Source: Deltaproteobacteria bacterium (GTDB lineage: Bacteria; JACQOV01). From it: a stretch of 34,471 nt of DNA. The stretch's first letter is position 1. Each line of letters begins with the position of its first letter. The DNA lies in contig JACQOV010000098.1 in NCBI GenBank assembly GCA_016202395.1, positions 1-34,471 on the forward strand. The letters run 5' to 3'. A program made the position numbers and the translations under genes. The notes beneath the pieces are model-generated. The model saw only the letters and a program-made list of their open reading frames with translations, searched no databases and was not told the DNA's origin. Of this stretch, positions 18,539 to 26,900 are shown one piece after another.

Positions 18539-19248
18539 TACTTTTGTAAAAGAGGATCTAATGCCAAGTTGATCGCTTGAATATTTTTCTTTTCGTCAGC
18601 CAGCAATTCCTCCGGAGACATATCCACGAAAGAACTGCCAGAAATTTTGGACAGGGGTTGCACTCCCCCTCTCCCAACATAGAGATCGTTTCCACCCAAA
18701 TCTTTTACTTGGATGACCAGTGAAAAAGCGTGAACAGAACCGAAAGTGCTCAGATTATTGAGCTGCCCCCAAAACCCCTCTTTAGCTCCAATGTACTGTT
18801 TGGCTCCATCCCACCTAGCCTCGGCTTGGTTATATTCCACAGGAACCACTTGAAGTATGTTGTAAAGGATAACATCAATTCCAAAATTCTTCTTCATCTC
18901 TTGAAGGCTCTTCTGCCGAACCGCTTCGACCTTCGTTTCATCCCGTTTTCCCGTCATGGGATCAAAGAAGGGACCAATCTGCTTTTCGTACTTTTTCCAG
19001 AGTTGGGAATATTCATTGGATGGTATTATTTTAAAACCGGCCTCGGTTAATCTCTGCTCAATCAGAGCTTGAAACTTTTGCCTGTTCAATTCCGGTACAG
19101 AATAGTCGGAGGGAACAAACATCGGAGCTAAAGCAATGGTGTGAACATTCTCCAGAAGATTCTCTTCTGGAACCTGATCGGCGTACTTCAGAGTACTAGC
19201 GCAACCAAACTCCAAAATGAAAAATAGCAAAAGCCATCGTCTGTACAT
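18538..19248 (-). CDS. Lipoprotein, paralog 2; possible CsgG/GNA1162-like alpha/beta fold
   Basis: Lipobox FGC, TIALAP...LTEAGFKII pattern, clear similarity to the neighbouring lipoprotein. Fold is an inference. Confidence 0.75.
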   Translation of the reverse strand: MYRRWLLLFFILEFGCASTLKYADQVPEENLLENVHTIALAPMFVPSDYSVPELNRQKFQALIEQRLTEAGFKIIPSNEYSQLWKKYEKQIGPFFDPMTGKRDETKVEAVRQKSLQEMKKNFGIDVILYNILQVVPVEYNQAEARWDGAKQYIGAKEGFWGQLNNLSTFGSVHAFSLVIQVKDLGGNDLYVGRGGVQPLSKISGSSFVDMSPEELLADEKKNIQAINLALDPLLQK

Positions 19249-19266
19249 GGCGTGTTCCTCAAAATG

Positions 19267-20031
19267 TTAAAAACTGGTCCCTGGTTCCTCTTCCCCCTTA
19301 GAGATGGTAGACGAGACTCCCTCAGAGAGGGGATCTAAAGCAACGTCAACCGCTTTGGCATTACGTTTTGCATCCACAAACAATTCATTCGTTGGAACAG
19401 AAACAAATTTCCCCACAGCCATGACCTTAGACAAAAGCTGAATGCCACCTCTTTTATAATAGAGATGATTCCCGTCGGTATCGTTAACGAATATCTTGAG
19501 AGACAGAGCCCCCATATGACCAGAGGTACCTCCTAGTATGAAACTCGCTCCAAAGGACATCACCGCTTCCGAAACTCCATCCCATTGGGCATACATTCCG
19601 TTCCATCGTGCCTCAACCACCTGAATGCTGGGATGAAGAGTAACATCCACACCAAACTTTTCCTTCAGCACCTGGCAGGTAAGGCGGTACACCTCGTTAA
19701 CTTTTTTATCATCCGCATTTCCTGTTTCTAAATCAAAATATCCCCCAATCTGCTCCTTAAAACGCTCCCAAAGGGCCGAATATTCTTGAGAAGGGATCAC
19801 TTTAAATCCTTGGACCGATAGCTTAGCTTCGATCAAACCCTGAAAATATTGTTCAACCACCTCCGGTTCTTCCAACCCAGTTGGGGCCTGAACGGGAGCT
19901 ACCGCAATCGTTTTAACTTTAGCATAAAATTCCTCTTTCGCGATCTCGAAGGGGTTTGGAGGGGACTTTGTCCCCGCACAACCACCAAGAACCATAATGA
20001 AAGCAATAGAAAAAAGAAAGATTCTCCGCAT
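19267..20031 (-). CDS. Lipoprotein, paralog 1
   Basis: MRRIFLFSIAFIMVLGGC lipoprotein signal starting at ATG20031 with SD AGGAG. The longer ORF start at 20220 would bury the signal peptide. Confidence 0.8.
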   Translation of the reverse strand: MRRIFLFSIAFIMVLGGCAGTKSPPNPFEIAKEEFYAKVKTIAVAPVQAPTGLEEPEVVEQYFQGLIEAKLSVQGFKVIPSQEYSALWERFKEQIGGYFDLETGNADDKKVNEVYRLTCQVLKEKFGVDVTLHPSIQVVEARWNGMYAQWDGVSEAVMSFGASFILGGTSGHMGALSLKIFVNDTDGNHLYYKRGGIQLLSKVMAVGKFVSVPTNELFVDAKRNAKAVDVALDPLSEGVSSTISKGEEEPGTSF

Positions 20032-20076
20032 AACGACTCCTGCTAAAATTGCGCGGTCAAAGTCAATAATGGACTC

Positions 20077-20101
20077 AAAAATAAAGAGGCCGCTTCCTCT
20101 T
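20077..20101 (-). terminator. Putative intrinsic terminator/attenuator upstream of the lipoprotein operon
   Basis: Minus strand AAGAGG-AAGCGG-CCTCTT followed by TATTTTT. Confidence 0.55.
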
Positions 20102-20217
20102 GCCGAAGCGTCGAAATTGCAAACGAGGGACCTACTGCGAAGCGATTGCCATGGTAAAGATAGCCGAATCCAAGCCTCGTTGCTACCCCCCCCCTCGCTC
20201 ACAGATCCTCCTTCGGA
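20077..20217 (-). ncRNA. Candidate sigma54-dependent structured RNA (sRNA or cis-regulatory leader)
   Basis: Bounded by the sigma54 promoter and the terminator. Enclosing helix CCGAAG/CUUCGG and internal helix GCAACGAGG/CCUCGUUUGC. Confidence 0.55.
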
Positions 20218-20227
20218 CAAATCCTAC

Positions 20228-20243
20228 GCAAGAAATGTGCCAA
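20228..20243 (-). promoter_or_regulatory. Sigma54 (-24/-12) promoter
   Basis: Minus strand TTGGCAC-ATTTC-TTGC, matching the consensus TGGCAC-N5-TTGC. Confidence 0.85.
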
Positions 20244-20293
20244 AAAGGTGGTTAGAGAGGGATTTTTCTTAAAATTTTCTAAAAGTGATATAA

Positions 20294-20306
20294 AAACAAT
20301 GAGTTA
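20294..20306. promoter_or_regulatory. IHF-like site
   Basis: AAACAA-TGAG-TTA versus WATCAA-N4-TTR (1 mismatch), in an AT-rich tract between the sigma54 promoter and the palindromes. Confidence 0.55.
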
Positions 20307-20368
20307 TCTATAAATTTTCTTCTAAACCCACGGAAGTTTTTTTCCAAAAAGCCATATCAAACTCCATG

Positions 20369-20412
20369 TTTGTAACAGATCTGATACAAATTTGTAACAG
20401 ATCTGTTACAAA
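20369..20412. promoter_or_regulatory. Tandem 22-bp palindromes, probable enhancer-binding protein sites
   Basis: TTTGTAACAGATCTGATACAAA immediately followed by the perfect palindrome TTTGTAACAGATCTGTTACAAA. Confidence 0.75.
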
Positions 20413-20526
20413 ACTGATCGGCAAAGCCCGGACACTGGATCGATTTTTCCCTACCGATGGCATGAAAAAACTCGAGAGACTCTTCCTTTTTCTCTATCCC
20501 TATGCTACATCTGCTCCACACGTTTT

Positions 20527-20847
20527 ATGATCCCTGCATTGCCCGTATTAGATGAAATCCGACTGGCCTCCCAAAGAGGTCGCACTCGATGGCGAGCTCG
20601 CGCCCAACAACACATGATGGAAAAGAAAATCTGGAGAGAAGACGTCGCACAAATCATCCGCACCGGAAAAATCGTTGAAAACCAGGAGGCGAAACAAACC
20701 TCCGCCCCCTATTTCATCCACGGAAGGCTCGGCGGAGACGATTTCCATGTGGTTCTCCTCTGGGATCCTCATGAAAAAAACATCTCCATCCTGGCGATCT
20801 CGCAACCGTCCCTCTCTAAAACGCCCAGGAGATCTAAGGAGGTCTAA
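20527..20847 (+). CDS. DUF4258-like protein, putative toxin of a type II TA pair
   Basis: RAQQHMMEKKIWREDV..IIRTGKIVE, FIHGR, FHVV pattern, directly upstream of a YgiT zinc finger gene. Confidence 0.7.
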   Translation: MIPALPVLDEIRLASQRGRTRWRARAQQHMMEKKIWREDVAQIIRTGKIVENQEAKQTSAPYFIHGRLGGDDFHVVLLWDPHEKNISILAISQPSLSKTPRRSKEV

Positions 20848-20849
20848 AG

Positions 20850-21083
20850 ATGACATCGCTCCCTAAATGCTCCTTATGCGGCGGCGCCATGAAAGCAGGG
20901 CACACCCCTTTTACCATCGATTTCGAAAAAGGGGTGGTGGTTATCCGCCATGTCCCCGCTCAAGTTTGCAACACGTGTGGGGAAAGCTGGATTGAGGATG
21001 TCACCTCGGCACAACTGGAAATTAGGGTCAAAGCCGCCCAATCCGGCCAACGACAATTCGAAGTCATCGACATGGCAATTTAG
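20850..21083 (+). CDS. YgiT-type (MqsA-like) zinc finger protein
   Basis: KCSLCGG...VIRHVPAQVCNTCGE. SD AAGGAGG. No HTH domain. Confidence 0.88.
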   Translation: MTSLPKCSLCGGAMKAGHTPFTIDFEKGVVVIRHVPAQVCNTCGESWIEDVTSAQLEIRVKAAQSGQRQFEVIDMAI

Positions 21084-21089
21084 GCCCCC

Positions 21090-21118
21090 TTGATTAATTG
21101 GGCAGCCAATGGTAGTAT
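21090..21118 (+). promoter_or_regulatory. Putative sigma70 promoter of the copper efflux operon
   Basis: TTGATT-N17-TAGTAT with extended -10 TG. The spacer contains ATTGG-GCAG-CCAAT. Confidence 0.6.
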
Positions 21119-21130
21119 AGAGGGTAATTT

Positions 21131-21481
21131 ATGAAGCGCTTATTGAAAATGGCAGGGGTAGCCTTTCTGGTCCTAGGGATTCTAGCCCCCACGATCTCAA
21201 TGGCCTGCCCTGTCAGCCCAAAGCACCTCTGCTGTGGGAAAGTGACGCATCTCAAGATGGAGCCAGCGCAGCCCGACTGTGCCGACATGACCCTCTGTGG
21301 TGTCGCTGTTCAAGACAAGAATCCTATTGTGAACACCCATTTCGAGATCCCTTTTATGCCGCAATTCACTGCAGCGTTAAACCATTCTTCTCAAGATTTC
21401 TCTCAAGTTTTTGAAATAATCCAGCCTCTCGGTCCCCAAGGACCACCGATTTATCTCGCAAATAGCGCCTTAATCATTTAA
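21131..21481 (+). CDS. Exported Cys-rich leader protein with a Pro-rich C-terminus (DUF2946/CutF-like architecture)
   Basis: Sec signal peptide ending SMA, five Cys (C, CC, C-x5-C), His/Met residues, C-terminal PLGPQGPPIYLANSALII. Confidence 0.72.
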   Translation: MKRLLKMAGVAFLVLGILAPTISMACPVSPKHLCCGKVTHLKMEPAQPDCADMTLCGVAVQDKNPIVNTHFEIPFMPQFTAALNHSSQDFSQVFEIIQPLGPQGPPIYLANSALII

Positions 21482-21482
21482 A

Positions 21483-21537
21483 ATAAAACACCTCAAATCT
21501 CCGTTGACTGGCTCTTCGCTTTAAGGAGGTGTTTTAT
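21483..21537 (+). promoter_or_regulatory. Hairpin sequestering the SD and start codon of cusC
   Basis: ATAAAACACCTC (21483-21494) is the exact reverse complement of GAGGTGTTTTAT (21526-21537). Confidence 0.78.
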
Positions 21538-22816
21538 GTCTTTAAGTCCATTTTGGAGAGGAGCGGTCCTCGGGCTATGTTGGATGACCCTTTGGAGTCA
21601 GAAGCCCGCGGCCGCCGATGAAAAAACCGAGATCGAAAAAGTAATTGACGAAGCCATCGCGCAAAACGCGGAGCTTGCGGCCGAGCGCGAAACGATTCAG
21701 GCGCTCCAAGCACGCGTTCCGCAGGCCGGGGCGCTCGAAGACCCTCGCCTGGGTTTTGGCGTTACCAATCTCCCTGTCAAAAACCCTGCCTTCAACACCG
21801 AAGAAATGACCGGGAAGGAGATCTCTATCAATCAAATGGTCCCTTTCCCCGGGAAACTCTCGCTCATGAAAAAGGCGGAAAAAGAGGCTCTAGCCTCCGC
21901 CAAAGCGATGCTTGAAGACAAAACCAATGAGATCCGCTACGAGGTGGAAGAGACCTACTTTGAGCTCTATCGAGTTGACAAAGCGATTGAGGTCCTCCAA
22001 AAGAACCGGGGTCTTCTCAATGCGATGGCCGAGGTCACCCAAGCCCGCTACGCTGTGGGGGATGAGAGCGGGGCTGACGTTTTCCGGGCCCAAACGATGG
22101 CGACCGAACTAGAGAGTGAGCTTCTGGCGATGGAGCAAGAACGGCAATCGCTGGGCGCTCGGCTCAATCAGCTGCTCAATCGCCCCATCGACACCCCCTT
22201 TACCGCCGCCTACGATTTTTCGCGCACCCCTCTCCCCGCAAAACCTCAAACGGACCAGATCGAGACAGCGCCACGACTTGAAGCCATGGGGCAAGAAGTC
22301 GAAAAGGCAAAAACCGAGCTGCGCGTGGCAAAAAGGGAGTACTGGCCGGATTTCGATTTCGGATTGAGTTACATGCAACGGGATGAGATTAAAAACGATC
22401 CTATGTCGGGATCAGATCTTTTTGCCGGCTCGGTCATGATCAATATTCCCCTTTGGGCCCATTGGCGACAGAGTCGAAAAGTGGAGGAGATGGCGGCAGA
22501 AAAGAGATCGATGGAGCATCACTATCATCACATTCGGAATGAACTCCTCTACGAGGTGGAAGAGACCTTCCGAACTCTGGAACGCCAAGATCGGCAGCTC
22601 TCCCTTTTTGAGCAGTCGCTCCTGCCACAAACTCAAGCGACCTATGAATCGGCCTATTTTTCCTACCAAACCGAACAGGCCGATTTTTTCTCAACGATTG
22701 AAGCGCTCAAGACTCTGCTGGAAACAGAGCTTGCTTTCTACGAACTCGAGTCTAATTACCAAATCACCCACGCCCGTTTAAACTGGATCGTGGGAATGAA
22801 GGAGGAACAACCATGA
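21536..22816 (+). CDS. cusC: TolC-family outer membrane factor of a heavy-metal RND system (CusC-like)
   Basis: Signal peptide, QAGALEDPRL, QMVPFPGKL, PDFDFGLSY, INIPLW, coiled-coil segments. First gene of the CBA cluster. Confidence 0.85.
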   Translation: MSLSPFWRGAVLGLCWMTLWSQKPAAADEKTEIEKVIDEAIAQNAELAAERETIQALQARVPQAGALEDPRLGFGVTNLPVKNPAFNTEEMTGKEISINQMVPFPGKLSLMKKAEKEALASAKAMLEDKTNEIRYEVEETYFELYRVDKAIEVLQKNRGLLNAMAEVTQARYAVGDESGADVFRAQTMATELESELLAMEQERQSLGARLNQLLNRPIDTPFTAAYDFSRTPLPAKPQTDQIETAPRLEAMGQEVEKAKTELRVAKREYWPDFDFGLSYMQRDEIKNDPMSGSDLFAGSVMINIPLWAHWRQSRKVEEMAAEKRSMEHHYHHIRNELLYEVEETFRTLERQDRQLSLFEQSLLPQTQATYESAYFSYQTEQADFFSTIEALKTLLETELAFYELESNYQITHARLNWIVGMKEEQP

Positions 22817-23922
22817 AGAAATATCTTTTACTGGCATCCGGGGCTTTATTGGCCGCAGCTCTCCTGATCATGAGAGGAGTACACGCGAATCCCGAAGAAA
22901 ATCCCCATGAGGGGCATGAAGGGATGATGCACGACCACGAGGGGATGATGCATGAGAATCAACATGAAACCCCTCCTGAAACGCCTAAAAAAGATGAGAA
23001 GGAACAAAAGCTCTACACCTGCCCGATGCATCCGCAGATTCGAAAAACAGAGCCGGGACAATGCCCCATCTGCGGCATGGATCTTATCCCGGTCAAAGAA
23101 CAGGAAGATCTCCCACAATCGAGTGTCCCCGGGTTTGCAACGATCCGCGTTACTCCTGAACAGCAGTGGCTGATCGGGGTAAAAACTGCGACCGTAGAGA
23201 AAAGAGAGCTCCTCCGAAAACTCCGAACCTACGGAACCGTTGCTTCCGACCGAGAGCTTTATGTCACACAGAAGGAGTATCTTGCTGCCGTTCGCTCCAA
23301 AGCCGACACTCTCATACGAGCGACTCATCAAAAGCTTCTTCTTTTGGGAATGACAGAATCTCAGATCAAAGCGCTTCGCAAAGAAGGAGAGGTTGATTCC
23401 TCTCTCTACCTCACCATTGGAACCGGGAAGGCGTGGATCTACTCGGCGATCTACGAATCCGAACGCCCTCTCATCCGTGAAGAATTACCTATCACGATCG
23501 AGACAGCCGGCGACCCGAAAAGAGGCTTCACAGGAAAAATTGACGCCATCACCCCTCTCGTCAATCCTGAAAATCGGACGTTGACTGCCCGAACGGAGGT
23601 CCAAGACCCCGAAGGGATCCTTCAGCCTGGGATGTTTCTCGATGTCTACATCGATATCCCTTTGGGAGAAAGCCTCACCATCCCTAAAAGCGCCGTCCTC
23701 AAAACGGGACAGCGGAACATCGTGATGGTCCAAAAAGATCCAGGGATCTTCGAACCCAGAGAAGTAACGCTCGGAGGGGAATCGGATGAGATGTTGCAGG
23801 TTTTATCGGGTCTGAATGAAGGAGAGATTGTGGTCACAAGCGCTAATTTCCTCCTCGATTCCGAAAGTCAAATCCGAGGAGCGTTTTCTTCTGGAGCTGG
23901 AGGGCATCAACATGGTCAATAA
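22813..23922 (+). CDS. cusB: CusB-type periplasmic adaptor
   Basis: His/Met-rich N-terminus, YTCPMHP...CPICGMDL metal-binding domain, LQPGMF, SANFLLDSESQ. Confidence 0.9.
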   Translation: MKKYLLLASGALLAAALLIMRGVHANPEENPHEGHEGMMHDHEGMMHENQHETPPETPKKDEKEQKLYTCPMHPQIRKTEPGQCPICGMDLIPVKEQEDLPQSSVPGFATIRVTPEQQWLIGVKTATVEKRELLRKLRTYGTVASDRELYVTQKEYLAAVRSKADTLIRATHQKLLLLGMTESQIKALRKEGEVDSSLYLTIGTGKAWIYSAIYESERPLIREELPITIETAGDPKRGFTGKIDAITPLVNPENRTLTARTEVQDPEGILQPGMFLDVYIDIPLGESLTIPKSAVLKTGQRNIVMVQKDPGIFEPREVTLGGESDEMLQVLSGLNEGEIVVTSANFLLDSESQIRGAFSSGAGGHQHGQ

Positions 23923-26900
23923 GATCATCGAGTTCTGTTCTCGGAATCGATTTTTCACATTTCTCTTCACAGGAATGGCTATTTTGGGGAGCCTCTATGC
24001 CATCCGAAACATTCCGCTTGACGCAATCCCCGATCTTTCGGACGTGCAGGTGATTATCTTTACCGAGTGGCCCGGCCGCTCCCCCGATATTTTAGAAGAT
24101 CAGGTGACTTACCCGATTGTCTCTGCCATGATCGCGGCCCCCAAAGTGAAAGTGGTGCGCGGTTATTCCTTCTTTGGCCTCTCCTTTGTCTACACCATTT
24201 TCGAGGACGGAACCGATATCTATTGGGCTCGCAGTCGCACACTCGAGCTTTTGAGTAAAATTCGAGGGAATCTCCCTGAAGGGGTGAATCCCGCTTTGGG
24301 CCCCGATGCCACCGGTGTTGGCTGGGTTTTCGAGTATGCTCTGGTCGATGAAACCGGCCAAAACTCTCTTGCCGAGCTGCGAAGTTTTCAAGATTGGTAT
24401 CTCCGCTATTGGCTGCAATCGGTCCCCGGGGTTGCCGAAGTGGCCTCCCTCGGAGGATTTACAAAACAGTATCAGGTGGAGATTGATCCCAATCGACTAC
24501 TCGCCTACAACATCCCACTCCATGAGGTGATCGAGGCGATTCAATCCTCGAACAATGATGTCGGAGGACGAGTGCTCGAGATGACTGGAACAGAGTACAT
24601 GATCCGAGGGCGTGGCTACATCCGTTCCCTAAAAGACATCGAAGAGATCGCCGTCCTATCGGACATACGGGGAAACCCCATCCGAGTGAAGGACCTCGCC
24701 CATGTCCAGTTCGGCTCTGACATGCGCCGTGGAGCCGCCGAATTGAATGGAATGGGAGAGGTGGTGGGAGGCGTTGTCGTGATGCGTTTTGGTGAGAACG
24801 CCTACGACGTGATCGAACGGGTGAAAACCAAACTCAAAGAGGTGGAACCGTCCTTCCCTAAAGGGGTGAAACTGGTGACGACCTACGACCGCTCCGGCCT
24901 GATTGAGCGCTCGATCCACACCCTGCAAAAGAAACTTTTAGAAGAGATGCTGGTGGTCGCGCTCGTGATTCTTCTCTTCCTCTGGCACTTCCGAAGCTCT
25001 CTCGTGCCGATCCTCTCTCTCCCGATTGCCGTGCTCCTCTCATTTATTCCGATGTACTACCTCGGCGTGACCTCCAATATCATGTCGCTGGGTGGGATTG
25101 CGATTGCCATTGGAGCGATGGTCGACGCCGCCATCATTCTGGTTGAAAACGCGCACAAACGGCTGGAGGAATGGAAAGAGCATGGAGAGAAGGAGCCTCT
25201 TTTCGATGTGCTACTCCACGCTTGCCAAGAGGTAGGACGGCCGATCTTTTTCTCGTTGCTCGTCATTGCCGTCTCCTTCATGCCGATCTTTGCTCTCACA
25301 GGACAAGAAGGGAGACTCTTTAAACCACTCGCTTTCACAAAAAACTTTAGCATCTTCTTTGCGGCGCTTCTTGCGATCACGCTCGCCCCCGCTCTCATTC
25401 AGATCCTGCTGCGCCCTGGCAAAGAGAGAGAGTTGAGGCCTCGATGGCTCTCCAAAATCTACAACTTCGTCGTCGCTGGGAAAATCCACAAAGAGGAGAA
25501 CCATCCGGTTAGCAAATCCCTTTTCCGGATCTACGCACCAATCTTGAATTGGATCTTAGAGAATAGAAAAACGGTGATTGTTATTATGGCTTTAATGATC
25601 CTCACGATTTTCCCTCTCTACTCTCGTTTGGGTTCTGAGTTTATGCCTCCATTAAACGAAGGGGATCTTCTCTACATGCCAACGACTCTCCCTGGGATCT
25701 CGGTGGAAGAAGCAAAAAAATGGCTTCAGATCCAAGACAAGCTGATCAAAACATTCCCCGAGGTGAACACCGTTTTTGGAAAGATCGGACAGGCCCGAAC
25801 CGCAACCGACCCCGCCCCTTTTGAGATGGTGGAGACGGTCGTGCAGCTCCAACCGATGCGCCAATGGCCCAAAATCGATCACGAACGTTGGTACTCTTCG
25901 TGGATGCCCGATCGGCTCAAATTCCCTTTTCGATGGATTTGGCCCGAACAAAAACGGCGCAGTTGGGAAGAGCTTGTTCAGGCGTTGAATCAAACGCTGC
26001 AACTCCCCGGGACCTCTAATGCGTGGGTCATGCCGATCAAAACGCGAATCGACATGCTCACGACAGGAATCCGAACGCCGGTCGGAATTAAAATCTTTGG
26101 GCCCGATCTCGCAACAATCCAAAAGATTGGAGAGCATATCGAGGGGGTTCTCCCTCAAGTGGAGGGGACTCGATCGGTTTTTTCAGAACGAGTAACCGGC
26201 GGATACTACCTCGATTTCAAACTTCGGCGGGAGTCGATCGCTCGTTATGGTTTAACGATAGGAGATGCCGAAGAGATCATCGAAACAGCCATCGGTGGAA
26301 TGGAGATTGCCACAACCATTGAAGGGAGAGAACGCTATACAGTGAATGTCCGCTATCCCCGAGAGCTTCGCAGTGACTTAAATCAACTCCGCCGCGTCCT
26401 CGTTCCTCTCCCCTCTGGCGCACAGATCCCGATTGGAGAGATTGCGGATCTTGAAATCACCATGGGCCCCCCTTCCCTTCGAGATGAAAATGGGATGCTC
26501 ACCGGCTGGGTTTTTATTGATATCTTTGAAGACCGGGACATCGGAGGCTATGTGGAAGAGGCCAAAGCGCTCATCTCTAGCGAAGTCGAGCTTTCTGCAG
26601 GTTATTATCTCTCTTGGAGCGGACAGTTTGAATACATGGAGCGGGCCAAACAACGGCTCCTCGTAGTCGTGCCGGTAACACTCCTTCTCATCGCCCTCCT
26701 TCTCTACATGAACACCGGGAGTGGGATCAAAACCGGAATCGTTTTACTCGCCGTGCCGTTTTCGCTCATCGGAGCCTTTGGGATCCTTTGGATCCTCGGC
26801 TACAACGTGAGTGTCGCCGTTTGGGTCGGCATCATTGCGCTCGCGGGAGTCGATGCGGAAACCGGTGTCGTTATGCTTCTGTATCTCGATCTCGCCTATG

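Noticed and set aside
20100-20185. c-di-GMP-I riboswitch on the plus strand (GCAAA...ACCTA...GATAGCCG)
   Set aside because: No GNRA-capped first hairpin, and promoter and terminator both point to the minus strand.
20032-20220. 63-aa N-terminal extension of the lipoprotein in the ORF track
   Set aside because: It would bury a clean lipoprotein signal, TTG20220 lies upstream of the predicted TSS, and ATG20031 has its own SD.
20369-20412. Mini CRISPR array
   Set aside because: Two abutting repeats with no spacer and no cas genes.
22907-22956. Short repeats CATGAGGGG / ATGATGCA
   Set aside because: Encode the His/Met-rich metal-binding N-terminus of CusB.
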